A stretch of DNA of 32,000 nt, from NCBI RefSeq assembly GCF_014197795.1, contig NZ_JACIGI010000007.1, forward strand, positions 1-32,000. Reading direction: 5' to 3'. The first letter of the stretch is position 1; each line of letters begins with the position of its first letter. Shown here piece by piece: positions 1-8,175 of the stretch. This DNA comes from Roseospira goensis. GTDB taxonomy: Bacteria > Pseudomonadota > Alphaproteobacteria > Rhodospirillales > Rhodospirillaceae. A program made the translations under genes and the position numbers. Below the pieces are notes generated by a model. The model was not told where the DNA came from and ran no database searches. It saw only the letters and a list, made by a program, of their open reading frames with translations.

Positions 1-487
1 CAACGGGGCCTCCCTGGCAGTCTGTGTCGTGTCGCAACTACCAGTGTGTCAGACCGTCCCGTTGTCCGCCCCTCCCCGATTTTCCGTCATGAACCTTTTT
101 TATGCTTCCGATGTCGGTCAATCGGGACCATTGTTGACGGTCTGAAGAGGGGCAAACAAGCTCATTTGCGACGCGAAAACGACGCACGGGATGCGGCCAA
201 CAGGGTGAAAAGCAGACAGCGCCCGGACGGAATCACAGAGCTTATACTGACGAAGGGGTGCGCCCTCGCGCCACGACAGGCGCCCAATAACCGAAAGGGG
301 CGACCTCCGCCGGTGGGATTCAACGGCTGCAATCGGAGCGGGCTTGTGGCAATAACACGTGAAGGTGTGCGGTCTTCATGGCTCATGAGATGTCCGCTGC
401 TGATGTTGGGTCTGTGGGGTTGTGGGCGGGGCGAAGCGCCGTCCAAAAACCGACTGACCGGACCGCCGGGCGGAAGGCGAGCCCACA

Positions 488-3400
488 TTGGTTGCGGTTT
501 CGCATAACACTGATCAAGCGCTTGGGGGCCAGGGGACTGTGGCTGAGCAGAGAGACTTCAAGGACACGCCGGGCCATTCCGATCCAGAAAGCCCGACGCA
601 TTCGGTGGTTCTGCCGCTCAATGATCTGGAGGCGCTGACGATCCTGCACCTCGTCGAGCGCCTCGAAAAGTCTCCCAACCGCAAGGCGATTCGGCCCAAG
701 GCGCACCCGCTTAACGTCGGCTGGGGCGGACGCGCGACGATGACAGGCGCCCAGATTGATGCCCTGGCCGACACCGTCATCCTGGTCGAAATCCCCGACG
801 GAGACCTGGCCCGCCGCATCACGCGGACCGGCCGAACGGTGACGATCGTCGACCACCACATCTATGCCGGTGCGACGGGCGGGCCCATCGACCGCCGTTC
901 CGGGCTGTCATCCCTGGAACAGGTCATGCGCCATCTGGATGTCCGCCCGGAGGAGCTTGAGCCCGATTTCGCGGTTCACTGCCGGGCGGTGGCCGCGAAC
1001 GACCGCGGCTTCATCCCGCACCTGACCAAGGAGCTGGAAGGGCACGACGCTCGGATCGCGGACATCCGCGCCCGGGATCTGACCATTGCCCGCCTCGCGT
1101 CGGACGACGGGGCGGACCTGGATCTCTCGACGTTTGACCCGGCGGTTGCCCCCTGGCGAGCCGAATGCGAAGCGACCCGCACCGCCATCGAAGTGGCCCG
1201 GGGGGCGTTGTGCGAGGCGCTGCGGGCCGGTGAGGCGCGGATGTTGGACACCGGCGGGATACCGACCGGGACGACGCCGCCGCGTCTGCTGCTGGCGCGG
1301 CTGCCGGACACCCACCGATTCGTCATGGCCGACGCCGCCGTCTGGGCCTTCAAGGAAACGGAAGGCCACAAGCTGACAGACCCACTGGAAATGCTGTTGG
1401 TCTTTCATGCCGCCGATGACAAGGCGCGACTCACCCAGATCGAATTCTCCGGCGCGCCGGATCGCGCCGACCAGGTCGCCCAGTGGTTCGATCCCCTGGT
1501 TCGCCGCGCATGGCCGGAGGGGACAGAACGCCTTGTCACCTATGCCGGCGGGATGGGGAACTACTTCGGCGCCCGGGATCCGATCGGCGGGGGGGCCGAG
1601 GCGCTCTCCAAGCTGGTCGATACCCTGCTGGGCGACCTGTTGACCGGCAACCGCCCGGTCACGGCGTGGCGCACCAGTTTCGTCCAGGCGCTGAGCCTCG
1701 GCGACCCGCTGGACAGCAAGGCCCCGGCGAACCCGGAAAACGAGACACCCCAAGAGCGGCCCCCGGCGACGCTCAAGATGCGGATCCTGGACCACTTGTC
1801 GGAGCGGCGCGCGGCGGATCCCGGGTTCGTGACGCCTGTCGCCTTCGAAGCCCAGGAGGCGCATTACTTTCTGCCCCATCTGCGCGATCTGCTGGCATGG
1901 CAGCCGAAAACCGCCCCTGAATCCGGCGAGGCCTGGGAGGCGGCGGGGAACCAGATCAAGGCCGGCCGGGCCTTCATCTCCCTCGCGCTGGCCGCGCCGT
2001 CGCTGTCGTTCACCATCGAATGGCCACGGAACACAGGCAGCAAGACGCCCATCAAGGTGGCCGTGGAGGAGGTGCGGCTTCATTTCGCCTATAACGATGT
2101 CCTGCTGATCGAGTTGACGGTGGGGGAGCAGATCCCGGAGTTCGGCGCGCATTCCGGTCTATGCTGGAAAGACCTGCTGAAGGCATCCCACCCGGCGTTC
2201 CATCGGCCGCTGGGGCAGGTGATGGAGGCCAACGCGAAGCTGCGCTACACCCATTGCGCCATGATACTGGGGGACGACGAGCAAACCGCCATCACCCTTC
2301 ACCACAAGGGCACGGCGCTGGGAACACTGGTTCACGGCAAGCACATCGATCCCGATCCCTTCACCGGCTGGTTCAAGCCGTTCCTGCGAGAGATGCTGGG
2401 CCTGTCGGACGCGGACCTCTGCCAGGATGGCTGCCTGCCGAAAGACAAGCCCCAAGCCCGCCTGTTGTTCGACGACCGCGCCCGCGTCGTCACCTCGGTC
2501 GTGGTGCACGGCGCGCAACCCTGCAGCCCGAAGGGCAAGGCGGACTTCGACGTCATGCTGGCACGGCTGACCACCGTGGACGGCCACGGCACCACGCACA
2601 CCTGCGATCCCGCCGCCGCTGTCAAGGAAGTCGAGGACGGGCGCTACAACCGCTACCGGTCCTGGGGATCCTGGTACACGGCCACCTCGCACAGCTTCGC
2701 TTTCCTCGGCTTCGACGGCTTCTTCCCGCGCGACATCATCCACCGCCTTCACATGCACACCATGTACCGGCGCATGGCCATCCTGGCGCAGGCCAACGTC
2801 GCCATCCTGGGCTCGTTCTCGCTTGAGGTCAGCGACGCCCTGCGGTTCGCGGCCCCGACGGACGCCACGCCGGCGCAACGGAACGAGGCCCTGACCCGCT
2901 ACTACCGTCACCTTCACTGGGTCCAGTTGGAGTTCACCAACCACATCTGGTTCGATCGTGTAACAAGCCAGATCCAGGGCATCGAGCTGTTCGACCTGAT
3001 GAACCGCCGCACCGAATGCCGCCGCGACTATGACCTGGTGCGCGACGAGATCGAGCAGATGCAGGGGGTCCTGACGGCCGAGCAGGACAAGCAGGAAGAC
3101 CGCAACACCAAGGAGGAAGAGCGTCGCGAACGCACCCTGGCGGGCATCGGCCTGCCCTTCGTCCTGCTGTTCGCCTTCCTGGGCAGCCAACAGATCGAGG
3201 CCCACTTCTTTCTCTGGCCGTTGCTGGAATGGGGGACCGAGGCCCTCGGCTTTGACCCGGCCTACACCTGGGTGGTCGCCAGCGTCGCCGGCGCACTCGT
3301 CTCTGCCGTCGTGCTCCTGGCCGTCAGCCCGAAGTTCTTCGAAAACCTGCCCTGGTTCCGCGACAGACTGAAGGACAAGACCGGCGCGCAGGACCGATGG

Positions 3401-3565
3401 CGACGTCGGGCACGCAACGCCATCCTGATCGGAACGTTGGCGACGTTCCTTCTGGGCTATGGCTTGCAGTGGTCGGGCCGGATCATGGTGCAGGAGACTG
3501 AATCGGGCTTAAGCGTTGGGCAGACCGATCCCGGCGCGCCGCCGGCACCGGGGGATGGCGGTTAG
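488..3565 (+). CDS. Large membrane protein: N-terminal DHH/DHHA1-like (NrN-like) phosphoesterase region fused to a CorA-like C-terminal membrane domain; candidate type III CRISPR accessory effector
   Basis: Uninterrupted 1025-aa ORF with a TTG start in the track; the true start is uncertain. N-terminal motifs in DHH-family order and spacing: LPLNDLEA (aa 43-49), VILVEIPD (aa 97-104), TIVDHH (aa 119-124), then AANDRGF and YAGGMGNYFGA (GGGH-like). The C-terminus has a charged helix (EQDKQEDRNTKEEERRER) followed by LAGIGLPFVLLFAFLGSQ. This aligns by eye with the CorA TM1 LP...GMN signature, with GSQ in place of GMN. Two further hydrophobic helices follow. The gene sits beside a type III CRISPR locus. 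Confidence 0.5.
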   Translation: MVAVSHNTDQALGGQGTVAEQRDFKDTPGHSDPESPTHSVVLPLNDLEALTILHLVERLEKSPNRKAIRPKAHPLNVGWGGRATMTGAQIDALADTVILVEIPDGDLARRITRTGRTVTIVDHHIYAGATGGPIDRRSGLSSLEQVMRHLDVRPEELEPDFAVHCRAVAANDRGFIPHLTKELEGHDARIADIRARDLTIARLASDDGADLDLSTFDPAVAPWRAECEATRTAIEVARGALCEALRAGEARMLDTGGIPTGTTPPRLLLARLPDTHRFVMADAAVWAFKETEGHKLTDPLEMLLVFHAADDKARLTQIEFSGAPDRADQVAQWFDPLVRRAWPEGTERLVTYAGGMGNYFGARDPIGGGAEALSKLVDTLLGDLLTGNRPVTAWRTSFVQALSLGDPLDSKAPANPENETPQERPPATLKMRILDHLSERRAADPGFVTPVAFEAQEAHYFLPHLRDLLAWQPKTAPESGEAWEAAGNQIKAGRAFISLALAAPSLSFTIEWPRNTGSKTPIKVAVEEVRLHFAYNDVLLIELTVGEQIPEFGAHSGLCWKDLLKASHPAFHRPLGQVMEANAKLRYTHCAMILGDDEQTAITLHHKGTALGTLVHGKHIDPDPFTGWFKPFLREMLGLSDADLCQDGCLPKDKPQARLLFDDRARVVTSVVVHGAQPCSPKGKADFDVMLARLTTVDGHGTTHTCDPAAAVKEVEDGRYNRYRSWGSWYTATSHSFAFLGFDGFFPRDIIHRLHMHTMYRRMAILAQANVAILGSFSLEVSDALRFAAPTDATPAQRNEALTRYYRHLHWVQLEFTNHIWFDRVTSQIQGIELFDLMNRRTECRRDYDLVRDEIEQMQGVLTAEQDKQEDRNTKEEERRERTLAGIGLPFVLLFAFLGSQQIEAHFFLWPLLEWGTEALGFDPAYTWVVASVAGALVSAVVLLAVSPKFFENLPWFRDRLKDKTGAQDRWRRRARNAILIGTLATFLLGYGLQWSGRIMVQETESGLSVGQTDPGAPPAPGDGG

Positions 3566-3659
3566 CTCTGTCCGACCGCGTGCGAGGTCGAAGCGGCACG
3601 AAACGGCGCCGAAGCCCGGCAAGAACCAAATGGCGCTGCCCGATCAAAGGGTTGGCTCT

Positions 3660-3779
3660 TAATCAGCGCAAACGACGGTCAGTGGAAACAGCGGAAGCTA
3701 TTGGAAATAATAAAGAAATGATGCCCGGGACTGCGCTTTTTCTATCTAGGGATGCAAACGGTGACTCTGAACTCGCCAT
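3660..3779 (+). promoter_or_regulatory. Putative leader of CRISPR array 1 (AT-rich)
   Basis: AT-rich stretch (ggaaataataaagaaatgatg...ctttttctatctaggg) immediately upstream of the first repeat. Contains the TCAGTGGAAAC motif at 3679-3689 that also occurs in the other two leaders. Confidence 0.6.
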
Positions 3780-4314
3780 GGTGACCACCCTTCCGCTTAT
3801 CCACGCGGACTGAAACTTCATCTCCAGCACGCGACCGCGCACGACGTCGGGTGACCACCCTTCCGCTTATCCACGCGGACTGAAACTGATGGGCTCGACG
3901 CGCACGCGCGTCTTCCCCGAGGGTGACCACCCTTCCGCTTATCCACGCGGACTGAAACTACATCCGGCCGCTCGACCAGATCCCCGGAGGGTGACCACCC
4001 TTCCGCTTATCCACGCGGACTGAAACTCGATTGCATTCCGCGACAAGACCATCGTGATGCGGTGACCACCCTTCCGCTTATCCACGCGGACTGAAACTGA
4101 GTGGTGACGTCTTCCCACGCCACCAGGAAATACGGTGACCACCCTTCCGCTTATCCACGCGGACTGAAACCGCCCGCAAGTGCGGAAACGAATTCCTGCT
4201 GCCGGTGACCACCCTTCCGCTTATCCACGCGGACTGAAACATCGTCGGCCAGCCGGCGTCCGCGGCCAGGGCGGGGGGGTGACCACCCTTCCGCTTATCC
4301 ACGCGGACTGAAAC
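3780..4314 (+). CRISPR. CRISPR array 1: 8 identical 37-bp repeats GGTGACCACCCTTCCGCTTATCCACGCGGACTGAAAC, 7 spacers (31-37 nt)
   Basis: Repeats counted directly at 3780, 3850, 3922, 3990, 4061, 4134, 4204 and 4278. Spacers are unique. The repeat ends in ACTGAAAC, a typical type III 8-nt crRNA 5' tag, which gives + strand polarity. Confidence 0.97.
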
Positions 4315-4323
4315 GGCCTGTTC

Positions 4324-4352
4324 CAGTGAAACACCGTTGACGGTTTTCACTG
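4324..4352. other. Inverted repeat/hairpin between array 1 and the next gene
   Basis: CAGTGAAACACCG-ttga-CGGTTTTCACTG forms a ~12-bp stem with one bulge. It ends 1 nt before the ATG at 4354. There is no clear T-tract, so a terminator role is uncertain. Its arms resemble the leader motif TCAGTG(G)AAAC. Confidence 0.35.
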
Positions 4353-4353
4353 A

Positions 4354-5454
4354 ATGGAGCAGTTTCAGCGGATGATGAAATCGCCGCATTCGGTGAAAGA
4401 GGTCGAGGCCGAAGCCGCGACCGCGCTCCGCGCTCTCCTCGACGAGGTCGAAGCCGTCGAGGTGGAGGCGGTGGACGGGGAACCGCCCGCAACCGATCCT
4501 GGAATCGACATGGTCGTGCGTCTCACGGCCTGGCACGGCCCGCACGTGCTCGTCTGTGCGATCAAGACGAACGGACAGCCGCGCGAGGTCAGGCTGGGCC
4601 TGCATCGACTTAGCGAAACCGCCGCACGGTTCGGTAACGGCGCGACGCCCGTCTTCATCGCCCCCTACCTCTCGCCGGCGGCGCGGGCACTGTGCCGGAA
4701 CCACGGGGCGGGTTATCTCGACCTGCACGGGAACGCCCGCATCGTCTTCGGCGGCGTGTTCATCGAGCGCCATGTTCCGGGCAAGCCGCCTACGGAGCGG
4801 CGCGCACTCAAATCCCTGTTCCGGCCGAAGTCGGCCCAGGTGCTCCGCATGCTGTTGCGTGACCCCGGGCGGTCATGGCGCGTCGCCGAGCTTGCGGAGG
4901 CCGCCCAAGTCAGCCTCGGCCATGTCAGCAATGTCCGATCGGCCCTGATCAACCGCGCGTGGGCAGAGGTTGCGGACGACGGCCTGCGCCTGTCCAGTCC
5001 CGGCGCCCTGCTCGACGCCTGGCGCGACGCGTATGCCCCCCCGGTGGGGCAGCGAGCCGGCTTCTACACAATCCTGCATGGCAGTGCCTTCGAGGACGCC
5101 GCGCGCAACGCCCTGGCGTCGGCATCGGGGAAGGGACGGGCCGTCTTCGCGTCCTTCTCGGCGGCGCAATGGCTTGCGCCCTATGGCCGGGTCGGAAGCC
5201 AGCAGTTCTACGCGGACTCCGAAGGACTCAAGGTCCTCAAGGCGGGCTTGAGACTGGCGCCCGCGTCGAAGGGGGAGAACGTTTCCGTCACGCTGCCCAA
5301 GGACGAGGGCCCCTTCCTTGATGCCATCGAGCCCGCCCCCGGGATCGTCTGCACGAGCGCGGTGCAGACCTATCTGGATCTGTCCGTCTCGGGCGAGCGC
5401 GGCCGGGAGGCTGCGGACCATCTGCGGCGGGAACTGTTGCGATGGCAGACCTGA
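4354..5454 (+). CDS. Hypothetical HTH-containing protein, AbiEi-like (putative type IV antitoxin/regulator)
   Basis: 366-aa ORF with an ATG start. A central helix-turn-helix-like segment (WRVAELAEAAQVSLGHVSNVRSALINRAW) is present. The ORF overlaps the downstream nucleotidyltransferase-like gene by 13 nt, which suggests translational coupling. The pairing and sizes resemble AbiEi/AbiEii modules. Confidence 0.4.
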   Translation: MEQFQRMMKSPHSVKEVEAEAATALRALLDEVEAVEVEAVDGEPPATDPGIDMVVRLTAWHGPHVLVCAIKTNGQPREVRLGLHRLSETAARFGNGATPVFIAPYLSPAARALCRNHGAGYLDLHGNARIVFGGVFIERHVPGKPPTERRALKSLFRPKSAQVLRMLLRDPGRSWRVAELAEAAQVSLGHVSNVRSALINRAWAEVADDGLRLSSPGALLDAWRDAYAPPVGQRAGFYTILHGSAFEDAARNALASASGKGRAVFASFSAAQWLAPYGRVGSQQFYADSEGLKVLKAGLRLAPASKGENVSVTLPKDEGPFLDAIEPAPGIVCTSAVQTYLDLSVSGERGREAADHLRRELLRWQT

Positions 5455-6290
5455 CGCCCCATTATGACGACCGGGCGACGGGCGCCGTCAAGAGCGTTCC
5501 GGTTGAGATCGCCCAGACGATCGGCAGCTTTCGAGAAAAGTTTGCGGTCATCGGTGGGGCTGTTCCCTGGCTCCGACTTGACAATCCGGACATGCGGCAT
5601 GTCGGCACACTCGATGTGGACCTCGCCCTTCATGCCGAGGCGCTCGGCGACGGCGAATACGCAACGCTGATCGAGGCGTTGAAGAAGAACGGGTATCGCC
5701 AGAGCCAAGACCACCGCCCTTTCCAGCTTGTGCGCCGTGTGCCCGCGCCGGATGGTGGGCCGCCCATAGACGTCGTTGTCAATTTTCTGATGCCTCGCGG
5801 TGTCGATATTGAGCCTCACAAACCCCTGCTCCTTCCCTACTTCAATGTGGTCAGGGCCGACGGCGTCGATCTTGCGCTGCTTTTCAACGATATTGTCATG
5901 GTTGAGGCGTCGATGCCGGACGGCGGGCGAAACCGGGTTGAGGTCGCGGTCTGTACGATCCCGGCGTTGATCGCCATGAAGGGACATGCCCTGCGCGGCC
6001 GGAACGAGCAGAAGGATGCCTATGACGTCTACTACAGCATCCGCAACTATGACGGTGGCCCCGACGCCCTCGCCGTGGCCTGTCGTCCGCTTCTGGAGCA
6101 CGAGAGCGCGCTCAACGGCTACCGCATCGTCGCGGAAAAGTTCGAGACACTGGAAGGATACGGGCCAACCTGTGTCCGGCGATTTGTGGAGGAGACGCAG
6201 GTCCTGGATGACCGCACGCCGGAGCAATGGCAGATGGACGCCTTCGGGCAGGTCGATGCGTGGTGTCGGGCCCTGGGCCTAAGGAATTAG
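5442..6290 (+). CDS. Nucleotidyltransferase-fold protein, AbiEii/AbiGii-like (putative type IV toxin)
   Basis: 282-aa ORF. VIGGAVPWL...HVGTLDVDLAL matches the G[GS]-x(n)-DxD pattern of Pol-beta-type nucleotidyltransferases. The size and the overlap with the upstream HTH gene fit the AbiE family. Confidence 0.5.
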   Translation: MADLTPHYDDRATGAVKSVPVEIAQTIGSFREKFAVIGGAVPWLRLDNPDMRHVGTLDVDLALHAEALGDGEYATLIEALKKNGYRQSQDHRPFQLVRRVPAPDGGPPIDVVVNFLMPRGVDIEPHKPLLLPYFNVVRADGVDLALLFNDIVMVEASMPDGGRNRVEVAVCTIPALIAMKGHALRGRNEQKDAYDVYYSIRNYDGGPDALAVACRPLLEHESALNGYRIVAEKFETLEGYGPTCVRRFVEETQVLDDRTPEQWQMDAFGQVDAWCRALGLRN

Positions 6291-6408
6291 TCGATCCGGC
6301 CATTGGCTCCCGCCAGGATCGCAGATCCTCTCGTGTTTCCACCCCTTGTCTGAACCGGACAGTCGGGCTACCGTCCCTTGATAAGGCTCATGGTTGCATC
6401 CGGGGGGC

Positions 6409-8175
6409 ATGATGGGGACATGGCTGTGTCGCGTCGAGGGCGTGAACTTCAACACAACCGTGTTCGACACCAATGACTTGTCCACGGTGCGCGGTGCGTC
6501 CCTGGGCTTGCTGCACCTTGACCGCGCGGTGACGCAGACCTTTCCGACATGCAAAACGATTTTCTCCGGCGCCTCTCAATGCGCGGTGGTCGTGGAGCGT
6601 GACGGCGACGAGGCGACGGTTACCCAGGCGGTCCGCAAAGAGATCAACGCGGTGCTGAGCGACCGGGCGGCCGTGCGGGAAGGTCTGGACAAGAAGGGCG
6701 AGGCCGCGCCGCCCTTCCCGGCCCTGACGACGGTCATTGATGTCGTACCGGTGGCGGACGAGCGGAAAGAGACGGTCGCCGCCGCGCTCCGCATTGCAGA
6801 GGCCCGCAACCGCTCCCGCCAGTTTCGGCAATGGACCCTTGACCCCCTGGAGGTTTCGACGGACGGGAAGGACGTGGGGGCGTTCGAGCACGGACGCCCC
6901 GGCACCGTCGCGGTTCCTCTACCGAAGGACAAGGGGCGGCCCCGGGTGCTGACGGGCGACGGGGACGACACCCTGACGGACGCCGAGACCGAGACGGCAG
7001 CCCCCAAGAGACTGTCGTTCGCGGTGGCCGCCAAACGCGAATACGGACGGACCGCGCGGCAGAAATTCTATGCCCATGAGCTGGGCTCCGATGCGTTGTT
7101 GACCAAGAACGGCGACCGCCTTGGGTTCGTGGACAGCCTGGAGGACATGCCCCACGCCGACTGGACCAAGGACGCCCTGAAGGCCATGCCGCAGTCCGTG
7201 CGCAACAAGATCGCGGTCGTCTATGCCGACGGCAACGGCTTCGGGGCTATCCGGGAACAGGTGGGGGTCGAGGCGTTCTCAAAGGCCCTTGCCCCCCTGC
7301 GCAAGGCGCTCCTGAAGGCGATCATTACATGGTTCGTCGGCCATGCGCGCGGTGCAAAATACGACGAACTATTCTTGATCGAATCGGAAAAGCGCCATGG
7401 CCGGGTCCGGCGCGGCCTGCGTCTGGAAACACTGATGTGGGGCGGCGACGAACTGCTGTTCGCCATGCCGGCCTGGCTGGCGCTGCCCTTCGTCGCCGGG
7501 CTTCACGCCGCGACCAGGGACTGGACGATCGGCGGCCACGCCCTGACCCAGGCCATTGGCGTGACCATCGCGCACCACAAGACGCCGATCCGCCAACTCA
7601 CCCGCCTCGCCCACGAGGCGGCGGACGGCGCCAAGGCCGCCGACCTGAAGAACCGGACAACGGTTACCGTGGACGTGTTCGAAAGCCTGGCGCCGCCCGA
7701 CGCCGGCAACGGCCTGGACCGCGCCCGCGACCGCCTGTTCGGCGCGCCCGATCCATCCTCGGGCGAGGCCGCGATCGGGGAGACGGAGCGCGCGCGCCTG
7801 CTGGCCATGCCGGGGGATTCGCTGGAGGCGTTCATCGTCGCCCTTGGCTCGGAAAAACAGAAGGACGAAGACAACACCGCGCTGCCCCGCTCCCAAATGT
7901 ACGCGGCCTTGCGCGCCGCCCGCGCGAAGACACCCTGTCTGGCCGACGACAAGGCAGCAGCAGCCGTGCGCGACGCACTCGACACCTACGCCGAGCGCAT
8001 GGGCAAAGGCGGGCTCGATGACGTGTTCCCGGCCAGAAACCGCCCGCCGTCCGTCGCCGAGCGGCCTCTCGGCCTGGAACTCGCGTTGGTCACCGAACTG
8101 TGGGACTACATCCATCCGGGCGGACTGGATATTCCCCCCATGACGGTCACCGGGGACGCGGGGGACAGCGAATGA
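6409..8175 (+). CDS. cas10: Cas10-like type III large subunit, short form without HD domain, GGDE palm motif
   Basis: ATG at 6409 (a second at 6412) lies inside the 6394 TTG ORF. The N-terminus WLCRVEGVNFNTTVFDTNDLSTVRGASLGL resembles the start of the first Cas10 palm domain. The palm/cyclase motifs VVYADGNGFGAI and WGGDELLFAMP are present. No H-D dipeptide motif precedes them. The stop overlaps the next start as ATGA. Confidence 0.8.
   Translation: MMGTWLCRVEGVNFNTTVFDTNDLSTVRGASLGLLHLDRAVTQTFPTCKTIFSGASQCAVVVERDGDEATVTQAVRKEINAVLSDRAAVREGLDKKGEAAPPFPALTTVIDVVPVADERKETVAAALRIAEARNRSRQFRQWTLDPLEVSTDGKDVGAFEHGRPGTVAVPLPKDKGRPRVLTGDGDDTLTDAETETAAPKRLSFAVAAKREYGRTARQKFYAHELGSDALLTKNGDRLGFVDSLEDMPHADWTKDALKAMPQSVRNKIAVVYADGNGFGAIREQVGVEAFSKALAPLRKALLKAIITWFVGHARGAKYDELFLIESEKRHGRVRRGLRLETLMWGGDELLFAMPAWLALPFVAGLHAATRDWTIGGHALTQAIGVTIAHHKTPIRQLTRLAHEAADGAKAADLKNRTTVTVDVFESLAPPDAGNGLDRARDRLFGAPDPSSGEAAIGETERARLLAMPGDSLEAFIVALGSEKQKDEDNTALPRSQMYAALRAARAKTPCLADDKAAAAVRDALDTYAERMGKGGLDDVFPARNRPPSVAERPLGLELALVTELWDYIHPGGLDIPPMTVTGDAGDSE

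Noticed and set aside
46-507. ORFs 46..507(+), 162..488(-) and 383..859(-) at the left edge
   Set aside because: No recognisable motifs and odd composition, and they overlap each other and the large gene's upstream region. The segment 1-487 was left unannotated as probable intergenic or promoter sequence.
3742-4773. Track ORFs running through array 1 (e.g. 3742..3930, 3939..4142, 4078..4773 minus strand) with recurring peptides such as VSVRVDKRKGGH and FQSAWISGRVVT
   Set aside because: The periodic peptides are translations of the 37-bp CRISPR repeat. These are read-through artefacts, not genes.
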